Below are positions 10,101 to 20,490 of a DNA stretch of 64,000 bases, one piece after another (position 1 is the stretch's first letter; every line of letters starts with the position of its first letter). The notes beneath the pieces were generated by a model. The model did not search any database. It was given only the letters and a program-made list of their open reading frames with translations, and was not told the DNA's origin. The position numbers were made by a program, and so were the translations under genes. The DNA comes from Zygnema circumcarinatum SAG 698-1b (Eukaryota; Plantae; Zygnematophyceae). The stretch spans positions 124,001 through 188,000 of the forward strand of contig CM074811.1 of NCBI GenBank assembly GCA_037447605.1. The letters run 5' to 3'.

Positions 10101-13100
10101 ATGCTTTCCGGTTTTTGACAGAGAGATGCTGCCCATGCAGTTCAAGGAGCTTCTGTCTGGGCTTCTTTTTCAGTTTTCCGATCAGTATTAGAACTTCTCC
10201 CGCTCTGGCATATCTGGCATACCAACTGTGCATTAGATGTCGGAACAGTTACCCCTATCTTCTGTCAGTGTTTGAACATCTTTGCATCTCATGCAAGTTG
10301 ATGATGAGTACAGTGACGGCGGGCGGCAGGGGGAGACCATCGGCAGTGTGGAGGAGGTGACTGAGACCGGCGCGAGCGACCTGCTCCGCGTGCTGCTGCA
10401 GGACGGCCGGCGGGTCTGGGTGCCCTTCGTGGAGGCCATCGTGCCCGTGGTTAACCAGGAGGGCGGCTGGCTGGAGATTTGCCCTCCGCCCGGCCTGCTC
10501 GACCTCAACAGCACCTCTGAGGGCCGCGCCAAGAAGGACAAGCGGCAGCAGGTGCGGTGAGTCGGCCGGGGACTGCGCGTTTTGCAGCGGCAGTAGGCGG
10601 TGAAGGGGGTCAGCTCGTGGTTGTCCGGCCGGTTTGGATGTGGTTGAGGTTGCATAGCCAGGCTCAGCCGGAGCAGCGCACAACAAGACGTTTTCGTGCA
10701 TCGAAGGGTTAAGCTCCCATGGCACACAACGTGTGACCCAGGCCCAATAGATTGGCTGAGGTCGTTCTCTGGCGAGCCTCAGGGGAGCAGATAGAATTGG
10801 GACCTTGAGAGCATTGGTAGGCTCGCTATTGAAAGTGTGTCCGTCTGGAGTACGGGCGCAGAGGATGAAAGAATACAGGAAGCGAAGGCACAATCTGGCG
10901 GTTGTTCGAAAGCGGTACGGCGCAGCAGGGCAGGCCCACGCTTTGGAGGGCCTCACTGAGGGCGAGGACGAGCAGCGAGCCGCGCTGCTTGAGCAGCTGC
11001 TGAGGATCGACCTCAGGGACCTGCAGGAGGCGCTGGATAAAGCGCTGGCCTTGGAAGCTGCAGCGAGGTGAGCTTGCTGTTCGGTCTTTCTGCCCTGATC
11101 TGCACAACTACAGGGGCCCTATTGTCCCTGTTTGCAGATTCCATTCACACGATGTCATGCCGTGAAAACCCTACGTCAGCCTCTTCAGAAGATTCTAACG
11201 CTGGTGCTTAGACTGGCAACCGCTGCTCGTCCTCCGTTAACCCTTCCCCCCTCGGCGTCTACTGCTTGCCAGTAAAGCAGACGCGCTGACAGTCCGGCCA
11301 CCGCCAGCCTTCCCAAAGGCCGACTGGAGTTCATCCCACAGCTGGACGCGCGGCGAGAGCGAGAGCGAGGAGGGAGGGCAGACGAGGCGGTGGTGGATGG
11401 CGGGCCTGCGCCAAGTGGCGGGGGGCCACGTGGCGGTGCTCGCATTGGCGGGGGGGCAGGGCACGCGGCTCGGCCCGCAGGGCCCCCCCGCGAAGGGCAT
11501 GGTCGACATCGGGCTGCCGGAGGGGGAGGAGGGGTCGCTGTTCCACCTGCAGGCGGGCCGCCTCATGGCAGTGCAGGCGGAGGCTGCGGAGGTGCCCGCC
11601 GCTCCCTTGTGCATGCTCAGTGTGTTGGGGGGTTGTGGGGAGGCTGCGGAGGAGAGAGAGCTGCATTTCACCTTGCGTGGATAATGCTGTTTATGTTTTG
11701 CTTCGCTCCGGCTGCTGCATTGCAGAGTACTGGCAAAGTGGCTGCAATGTGGGAGGGAAGGGGAGAGGTGAGCGTGCCTGGGCAGCTTAGGAATGGAATG
11801 GGGCTTATGCTGTAGGTGGTTGGCGGAGGCGAGATTCGTATTCCGTGGCTCATTTTGACCAGTGATGCAACCGACGAGGCAACGCAGCAGTTTTTTGCAG
11901 ACCATGATTACTTTGGGCTTGAGTCATCGCAGGTGAGTTTGTTGCTCGGTTTTCTCCTTTCCGAATTTCTAAGGTTTTTTGTGTTGCTGATTGTTTTTGA
12001 AACTGTGAAGGAGTTGATTTGTGTGAAGGATGGCTTTTACGTCCGTGTTCGCTCTGCGTGACAGTAGTCCATGCCAGCACGGACAGAGCTGACATTTTAG
12101 TCTGAGCGGGAGAGGGCGGGCAGGTGTGGTTCATCCGGCAGGGCAGCGTTCCCTGTCTGAGTGCGGAGGGCGCCCCCCCCCGCCTGCTGCTGGGCAGCGC
12201 GCACCGCGTGGCGGAGGCGCCGGGGGGCAACGGGGGCCTCTTTGCGGCGCTGGCAGAGGCGGGGGCCGTGGAGAGGCTGCACCGCCTCGGGGTGGACCAC
12301 GTGCAGGTCAGGGGGGGGAGGGGGGAGGGGAGGAGGGAGGGAGGGAGGGAGGGAGGGAGGGACTGGGCTCTTGCGCGTATGGTAGTCCCTCCCAACTGCG
12401 GAGACAGGGATGTGGGTTTTGGTTCTTATAGTTACGAAGATAGATGATGACTTTCTGTTCGCTGGTCCTTTCGGACACGTCTCGTGATCTCGCTCGTCAT
12501 GACAGGATTAGGTCTTGCCATCAGGTGATGGCGGGTAAGTGATGTGGTTGGGAAGCATTTTCTGCAGGTCTATGCTGTGGACAACGCCCTTGTGCGAGTG
12601 GCCGACCCGGTGTTCTTTGGATTCTGTCACGAGCGGAAAGCGGATCTGGGAGTGAAGGTGGTGCAGAAGACTGCTCCGAATGAGGCTGTGGGAGTCGTGT
12701 GCCTGCGCCAAGGCCACGAGAAGAAACTCTCTTCCCGCCCTACAGATAAAGCTTACTCTGTTGGCGAGTATTATAGTGTGATGGAATACAGTGAAGTTCC
12801 TGAATCCCTGAGGTCGGCCAGGGAGAGTACCTCGGATGGGGCTCTCCTGTATAGAGCTGCGCACATTTGCGTAAACTCATTTTCAGTTGGGTTCTTGAGG
12901 GAATTGTGCTCAAACGAGAAGTTCCAGCTACCCTATCATGTCGCCCGCAAGCGGATACCATACGTGCAAAGAAACAGCACAGGGCTGTGGGAGCAGGTGG
13001 AGCCAACAACCCCGAACGGCATTAAGCTTGAACGTTATATATTTGATGCCTTCCAGTACTGCCGTCCAGAGAAGGTGAGTGCAAAAGCACATTCCCGCTT

Positions 13101-13379
13101 CGTGCTGGTGCATCTGAGCTCCGACAATTAGTGTATCGACCCTTTGCTTCCGCAGTTGTGTACAAGAAAGGGCGTGTTCTCGAAGCAGCAGCAGATGTCT
13201 CGCACGAAGTCATATTGACGTGTTTTCTTGCACGAGGGCAGGTGGCCGTTCTGGAGGTGGAGCGCAGTGAGGAGTTTGCCCCTGTGAAGAACTCGGCGGG
13301 GCCCGACGCTGCGGACACTGCGGAGACGGCCCGCGCGCTCGTGCTGGCGCACCGCGCCAAGCTCGCGGGGGGGGGCTGA
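7188..13379 (+). CDS. rimM: Plastid 16S rRNA processing protein RimM fused to a C-terminal UDP-N-acetylglucosamine pyrophosphorylase (UAP/UDPGP-family) domain
   Basis: Exons approx 7188-7479, 8225-8529, 9615-9752, 9984-10094, 10330-10551, 10862-11067, 11273-11591, 11816-11932, 12124-12306, 12568-13074, 13242-13379, with compatible phases. RimM motifs: [39 protein letters not shown] motifs: [35 protein letters not shown]. The first exon (transit-peptide-like) is the least certain. Confidence 0.85.
12310..12362 (+). repeat. (GGGA)n purine tract at the 5' end of an intron
   Basis: Read directly; starts a few nt after the donor at 12307. Confidence 0.9.
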
Positions 13380-13872
13380 AGGAGGGGGGAGAGACACCGC
13401 CCCGTGACAGGCTGTGGGGGGTAGCGATGTGGAGGGACTCAATCGATGTTCAAATTCTTTAATTCCATCTGTTGCTCCGGCTATGCGGATGTCCAAACCT
13501 TGAAATTTGGAGATGCTGATTTTTGTTATAAGAACTGTCTATGTAAAATCTTTCGGCCTAATGCCATTTTGAAGAGATCATTTGTCTGCGTGATGAGCAT
13601 AGAACGGTCCAGGTATGCGGAGGGCCGTAAAGATGAAACAAATACCACGCTGCTCAAATAGCAGGGACTCTCCCAAGCGGCAGTCGACGTGCAGGGTTTG
13701 AGGGTGAGGTCAGCAGACGGATTTCGTGCGGATGACCGAAGAAAGTAATGGTCGCAGCATCATATTGAGCAGATCGTTCGGAACTCCCTCTCCTTGTGCT
13801 GTGTCGGTCTGCATCTCCTTCAGGTGCAAGCAGTGACAGAACAGCAGCCTTCATGCACGTGAAGGAAATGTA

Positions 13873-14446
13873 CCGTAAAACCGAACAAGTTGAGAAATTG
13901 TTAAACGAGTTTACTTAATCTCTCAAATCTCAATCTTATTGAATAGAGGGTTGAACTTTGAACACTCGAGATCGAACCGTTTTCGATTTAAGAAAGTGAA
14001 AAGTTTTAAGAAAAAAATTTCAAAGACAATTGGTTCGGTCGCACGCGTGGATTCAAAATTTTTGCCAAGTTGGTTCCGTGCGATTGGAGGGATCCGGTTA
14101 GCCCGAGCGCCAGTTTTTCCGTACAACTCTCCAGGTGAGCACATCAACAATTTATGTACGGACAGCCGAGTCCACGCGCTTTGCGATCCGCTGAAATCTC
14201 ATTGTTGATCGGTGGACCCAAGGACAACTCAAATTGAACACGAACGATATATAATTGTTCAATGTTCAATCGATTCTCCATAAAAATTGTATTGAAAAGA
14301 AAATAGGAATTCATTTCTCATTTCTCAAAATGAATCGTGCTCACAAAAAGAGGGTTTTTTTGAGAAACTGGTTGTGAAAGTTTCTTTTTTTTTTGGAGAA
14401 GACAAAATCTTTAACTTCTTTTTTTCTCAACCTGTTCGGTTTTACG
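13873..14446. mobile_element. Non-autonomous DNA transposon (MITE, Tc1/mariner-pogo type), 574 bp, TA target duplication
   Basis: Left end CCGTAAAACCGAACAAGTTGAGAAA (13873-13897). Right end reverse complement CCGTAAACCGAACAGGTTGAGAAA (14423-14446): one indel, one mismatch. TA flanks at 13871-72 and 14447-48; AT-rich interior with no transposase-like ORF. Confidence 0.8.
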
Positions 14447-14909
14447 GTAGTCTCTGAAAACTAGCTGCAGCAGGCGTGCAGTCTGACTACGCATCGAGCA
14501 GTACATGCTTATTCCGTACGAAATAGAAACCGCATCCCTTTCTTTCAACAGCGGTCAAAGCAGAGGATTCATATTGCCAGCCTGTCTGCTACGCTACTTT
14601 ATAAAATTGTCGCACTGGGACCATAATGCCATGCTTCTAATGAGGTCGAGGGAACCAAACCAGTTTGGAACAGGAGGACATTTTACAGGACACTTTCGCC
14701 TACTCCAATTTCGGTCTCAAAGAGAGAGAAACCACGCGAACTACTAAGGTAACAACTAGTCTCTTGCAGTTAAAGAGTAGAATATATCGAGGGCCACGCA
14801 CGGTCTTCCTGAACATTGTCAGCCAGCCGGTATTCCAAAGGAAAGAGGCCCGACACGGTGCGCAGAGAAGGCAGGAGGCGGAGCAGCAAAGATGATGGCG
14901 ATACGGCCG

Positions 14910-17900
14910 TCACTCTTCAAGCCAGCACACCCCTGACCACAGCGGGCCTGCACTGCTCCTCAGAGCGGATATCGAGCGAGGGGAGGGAGCGGACGTGGAC
15001 CTTTCAAACCGCTTGATCGACGCTGCATGCCCGCGAGCACCCTCGCCGGTCGCAGCATCGATGCCTGTGGCCATGCCCGAAGTTTCCCCCTTCGCCTCTT
15101 TGTCCCTATTGGCCTCCGCATCCGAAAAACTCACTCGACGCGTGTTGGACCTCGATTGCTTCCGCACATTCAGGGACGCAACCACGTCAACTGATTCATC
15201 CGGTGATACTTCTGTATGTGCAGTGCTTCCAGTTTCAGCAAATGCTTTATGCTCGGAGTCACCTAAGGTAGATACTTTTACTCCATTATGTCCAACCGCT
15301 GCCAGAACGCTGCTGGAATGTATCGGTGACAGTGTGCTGTGGAAGCTGCTCTCGACGTCATTTTCAGATTCTGCATGTGCGTCAGTGGCTCTGTGATGGC
15401 CTGCAGCCATGTGTGCCTGGCAGACGAGGACGGCGTCATGGATGCGCAGAAAAATCCATTGGGGAGTCAGCAGCTCCCATGTACCCGCAAGGTGGAGTGT
15501 GCGTTGAACCCGGGAATTAGGGTTGGAGATCGCCATCTGTATGCCGTGTTCCTGCACAGCAAAGCAAAACGTTCCAGAAACATCTCTCCTCAAGGACTCT
15601 TGCAGGGCCTCCCTTCACCCTGACAGACAGAAACATTCAGCACATCTTTGAAACACAATGATCACTTGAACCGGTTCTGCGCCTGTTTCAGCACCGGCAG
15701 CTAACATTATCTAACATAAAGTCTACGGTTATCCTGAAACACGGCACGTCAGTAGAGAGAGGTGTTGACTGTTTGTAACGAGAGTAGATCATTGGCTCCT
15801 ACCTTGTATTCGCAGAATATCTTTGCCAGACCATGGCAGCCAGGAGGGTCGATATAGCTGACACCTGTCATGTCAAAAACAACATATCTGCAGGCCAGCC
15901 CAGGCCCAACCGCTCGCTCGTGATGCAAGGCACGAGGACCATAGATATTGCTAAAGTCTATGAAGCCCTCCTGCATGAATGGAACGTCACTTCCAACTTC
16001 GGCCGACAACTGCACCACCACCTACAGCGTGAGGCAGCATGCCGAACATGGACAGCATGCTTCCTAACGATGCATTGCGCGTCCACACGCCTCCCGGAGT
16101 TTTCTTGCGATGTGCTTACCGCACAGGGTCGGCCGGCGAGGAGGAGCCCTCCTTCCCCGCCGCGCGGCAGCCGAGAGTGTACTTCCTCAGCGCGTCCTTG
16201 ATGAAGTTCACGTTCGCGAAGTACACCGGCGCATCCAACCTGCCGCCCGCCGCCCCCCCGCTGTCAGGCTCTGCCCCGCCGCCGAGTCCCCCTTGCGCCG
16301 CNNNNNNNNNNCCCTCCCTCCCTCCCTCCCTGCCTCCCTCCCCTGTACTGTACCTGATGATGGCAATCCCCGGCACCGGGCGGGCCTCGGGGTACTGCCA
16401 CGTGCTGCAGTAGAAGTCGCGCGTGCCCTCGAGGCGGCCGAGCAGCGCGTGCCGCGGATTGGCGGTTTCGTGCACCACGAAGGCCAGCGAGGCGGCCACC
16501 GCGCCCAGCACGCCCGCCTCCACGCCGAGGAGGAGCGTGCCCGCGAAGGCGACCGCCCAGAGGGCGAAGTCCTTCGCGTCCACGCGCCGCAGGAAGAGGG
16601 CCTCCCGGAAGTCCATCAGGCCGGCCACCATCACCATCACTATGGCCCCCAGCGCCGCCATGGGGATCTGCGAAAAGAGGGGCGTGAGGACCGCCAACGC
16701 GGAGAGCACCATGGCGGCCGAGAGCAGGCCTGCAAGCTGCGACTGCGCGCCCGCCTCCGCGTTCACTGTGGACCGGGAAAAGCTGCCAGCAACAGGGAAG
16801 GCGCCGAAAGTAGAGGCAACTAGATTCGCCGCCCCTAAACCCACCAGCTCCTGCACACGTTCTGAGGGGTTTAGGGTTAGCTAGAATTAGCTGCATAAGG
16901 AGGCCCAAGTCACACGCTGAGCACAACGCATCAGCCAAATAATGAGTTATTGTGATTCGCGGCGCTCATTCCGCAAGCAGATGCTCGGCAGGCGGGAAGA
17001 GGGGCTGATAACCACCTGGTTGGCATCAAGCTCATAGTTGAAGCGCGCTGCTAACGCTTTGCCGACGCTGATGGACTCCAGGCAGGCCACGCCCGCAATC
17101 TCCAGAGCCGGCAGCCATAGCCGCGGAAGCAGCTCCACGCACCAGTCCACCTTGAAAGAGGGCAGGCCTCGAGGGAGCACGCCGACGGTCTCCACCTGCG
17201 GAAGGGTGAAAGCGCTTTCGTCAATGCCAAGCTTTTTCAAAGAACCCTTCAGACTTGCATGCTCGGCAGCTCAATGCAAATTTGGGACTCCATACACAGG
17301 CCTACAGTGTCACAAAGAAGGTCAAGTTGTTCCATTATTGTGCACGCCACGTTAACAAATCTGTCATGTCTAATTGAGCACTCTCCGCTTGCTCCAATTT
17401 ACCCGTCTTCTACTCATCTAATTCTTCTCCGTCCTTGTCATACCTGTACAAGGCACGCTTTACCCTCGACGTACGTCTTTAGATTCTACAAGGAGCAAAC
17501 TTCCTTCCAGAGTATGGATGCCTCGCTACGTCCCCCCTCCCCCCAATTTCTCATGGCTCACCCTTGACATTCTCATTCCCTCTGTTTGCTTCACCCATGC
17601 GTGCATCTCCATTGCTTGCAAGCGCAGTCCCAAACAGCCCAGCCCTCACCTGCGCCCTCGTGAGCCATACAGAGGCCGTGGCGAGCGTGACGACGGCGAG
17701 GGGTCCGAGAGCGGCCAGGCGGTGCAAGCGCTTGTGCTGCTGCGAGACCCGCCGCAGCAGAAAGAGGGCGGCGAAGGAGGCACTGCCCAAAAGGAATGTT
17801 GGGAGGCTCAGGCCCCGGCAGTAAGAGAGGACCTCGGCAAAGTAAGCGTCCAGGCTGCCTTTCCACATTGGTTGCGGCGCCTGCCCCATCGGTCCCTCTC

Positions 17901-19129
17901 TCAGGAGTGCTTAAGCATGTGCCCTAGTTTTGGAACAGGACAGACAACCCTCAGCAGCTTGAAGGATTAGGAAGAAGGAGAGAGAGAAAGGCGGCTGCAG
18001 ACCTTCGATCGGAACCAATACTTGAGTTGCGACATGGTGATGCTCAATGCAGCAGCAGACGTGAATCCGGAGAGAACTGTTTGCGAAAGAAAGCGGACCA
18101 GCCAGCCCAGTCTAAGCACACCTGCAGCCGCCTGGCGCCCTCCTGTACATTAGGGAGAGAGTGCCTCATTGCTTTTATTGCTTTCCATTCAACATATCCG
18201 TATTGAGAACGAGAGCTTACTCAGAAAGGAAAAGGCCAATGTCTCCTGCATCCACGGCTGGGAGGGAACTCGCGCGAAGGTCAGTGCGACCCACCATAAT
18301 GCAGCCGACCATGAACGCAAGCAGGGCCGCAATTCGCGGGAACTGAACACTCCGCTCCTCTTCGGACCACTCTTCTGGCATTGAAGCCTTTATCGCTTCT
18401 CCGAGGAGGAATGCGGTGAGAGCCACAGGGCCCACAGCTGCCTGCAGCACCATGCGGCTTTTCAGCATTTCTCGGATGTTCAACAGTCAGGCCCGCCTGC
18501 CTCGCTCAGCTCTGTGTGGCAGCAAATAAGTGCTCATTCAATCCTACTGTCAGAGAAAGACAGCTGCCGCTGCCTTGAGAAAGACAGCGGCAGCAGCTGC
18601 AGCAGCAGCAACTGAGCAGCTCCCGCGGCATCACCTGCCTGCTGCTGCCGAGGAACGCGTAGGCGACGAGGGGCCAGGACGCGGCGTAGAGACCGTGCTG
18701 CACGTCGAGCCCGGCGATGCGCGCATACGCCATGGCCTGCGGGACCAGCATCACGCCCACCGTGAAGCCTGCCTGAAAGTCGCTCAGCAGCGCGTCGCGC
18801 CCGCGCTGCCCCAACGCCCAGTCTGGGAAGCGAAAGGGCCCTGCAGTCGCCAAGCTGCTGCGGAGCAGCTCACGGAAGGTGGAGATCGGAGAGGAGCGGG
18901 AGGACGCGCATTCTGAGGCCGAAGGGGGGCACTCGGGGGAGGAGGAGAGGCGCAGCGACGCCACTCGGAGAACGCGCACATTGTGGAGGACCTTGGTGCG
19001 AGCGCGAACGGAGACAAAGGGCGCGGCGGGCGGAGGCGCGGGCGGAAGGAGAGGCTGCTCCTCCTCCCGCCCGCCCTGCGGCCCCTCCCCGACGGCCGGC
19101 AGGAGGCCCCTCCCGCCTCGCCCGGCCAT
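14910..19129 (-). CDS. SulP/SLC26 sulfate transporter with STAS domain, SULTR4-like (probably vacuolar)
   Basis: Multi-exon. [86 protein letters not shown] and [12 protein letters not shown] (STAS). ATG 19129, TGA 14910-14912. N-terminal EEQPLL fits an acidic dileucine motif. Confidence 0.88.
16302..16311. other. Assembly gap (10 N) inside a SulP intron next to a (CCCT)n tract
   Basis: Run of n in the sequence; true intron length is unknown. Confidence 0.98.
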
Positions 19130-19436
19130 GGCGACGGCCTCCCTCCTCCCTCCCTCCCGATCGCCTCGCCGCCCGTCTGCAGCTCGTCGGGAGGCGCCTT
19201 CTCATGCGCGCCCTCCTGCAGTTTGTAGTTCGACAGGACGGGCCGTATAACTGGATGAGGTCGGTCGCGATCCATGCGCGAGAGGTGTGGCCACGTGGAG
19301 GCGCTGGACAGGGCCAAGTCCTGAAGTCCTTGCTGACGTACCTGCCCATACGACAAACGAGTGCAGGACTCGGCCGCCAGGCATCGTCAAATACGGATTG
19401 TTTGAAAAAGTCCGTAAATACCGAAAATAATACTGC

Positions 19437-19709
19437 GGGCGGTATTATGTTAGAGTCCGGCCTGCGGCCGTATTGTTTCTCTCTATACGGAGGCGCATGG
19501 CCGCCCGGCGGGCCCTGTCGCGAGCTCCTATTGGTTCCGTACATTTAACTACACGATCTTCTATTGGTGCCGTACATATACGGTGTACTGTAATTTATAG
19601 ATTTTATCCGTATGTACCGTACAGCGGGATAGCGTGACCCATGTTCGAAGGGCGAATTTCTTGGGAAACGCAAATACTAGGGTGGAGAATATTAGGGGGG
19701 GGTACTGTA
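19437..19709. mobile_element. Degenerate remnant related to the 24723-25154 MITE, upstream of the SulP gene
   Basis: 19436-19456 is the exact reverse complement of 25041-25061 (21 nt). 19679-19707 aligns ungapped 20/29 with the MITE right end and ends ACTG|TA. No matching left end was found. Confidence 0.5.
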
Positions 19710-20068
19710 GTGCGCGGAGCACTATGGTAGTACTATAGCAAACGCTACACTTCTGTTCACTGTTGAATTGTTGTCAAATTTGTATATTGGAGATGTCAAA
19801 TTCTTCCATGTGCATGTCGTCGTCCTGCTATTACAGTGCGTGAGACTGATCTCGGCATGTTGTGGAGTTGGATATGGCGTCCAGACCTGTCCCTTTCAAA
19901 ATCTAAGTATTTCATGCTTTTGAAATTGAGAGAAAGGAGAATACCCTTCTCAGAATTTACACCCTGTATAGAGCTTTTCCGAAACATCTATAGAGGCTGA
20001 AGATTCTCCCACTCTGGCGTGTCTTCAAAGTAAAGAGAGGCACTGTGGCCCCAACCGCCATGCCGCAC

Positions 20069-20145
20069 GGGGGAGAAGGAGGGAGGGAAGGAGGGAGGGA
20101 AGGAGGGAGGGAGGGAGGGAGGGAGGGAGAGGAGGAGGGAAGAGG
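20069..20145. repeat. (GGGA/GGAA)n purine microsatellite
   Basis: Read directly; lies between the TAPT1 stop and the SulP start. Confidence 0.9.
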
Positions 20146-20490
20146 CGAAAAGAGAGAGGCACCACTTCTAAGCCATTTGTTAATCGCTGTACAGATTTAT
20201 TGTACAAATTGCAAGGAAGGGTTCTGGGAAGTAGGTGCGTTATGTTGAATTGCTGTAACATATGAAGGAGCATTCCATGTTCGTAGAACAGGAGGAAATG
20301 TGTCAGTTTCTGTTTATCTTTTGTCATAAGTCTTTACACATGGATCAGCTCTATGTAGGCGGTTGAAAATAGAACATTTGCTGATTCAGTGTTTTTCTTA
20401 TGGGGTGAAGTAGAAAGCGGATTGATTGCAAACAAAAAGATAAATTGAAACGCTTAACGTATTTTAGGAGGATTAAGAAGGACATAAACA

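Noticed and set aside
13923-14208. Short ORFs inside the 574-bp MITE as a possible transposase remnant
   Set aside because: No DDE/D or HTH-like sequence.
16866-16882. TTAGGG/TTTAGGG-like motifs (also 31380-31391, 53565-53575) as interstitial telomere
   Set aside because: At most two units; the intronic ones coincide with CTAAC branch points near acceptors.
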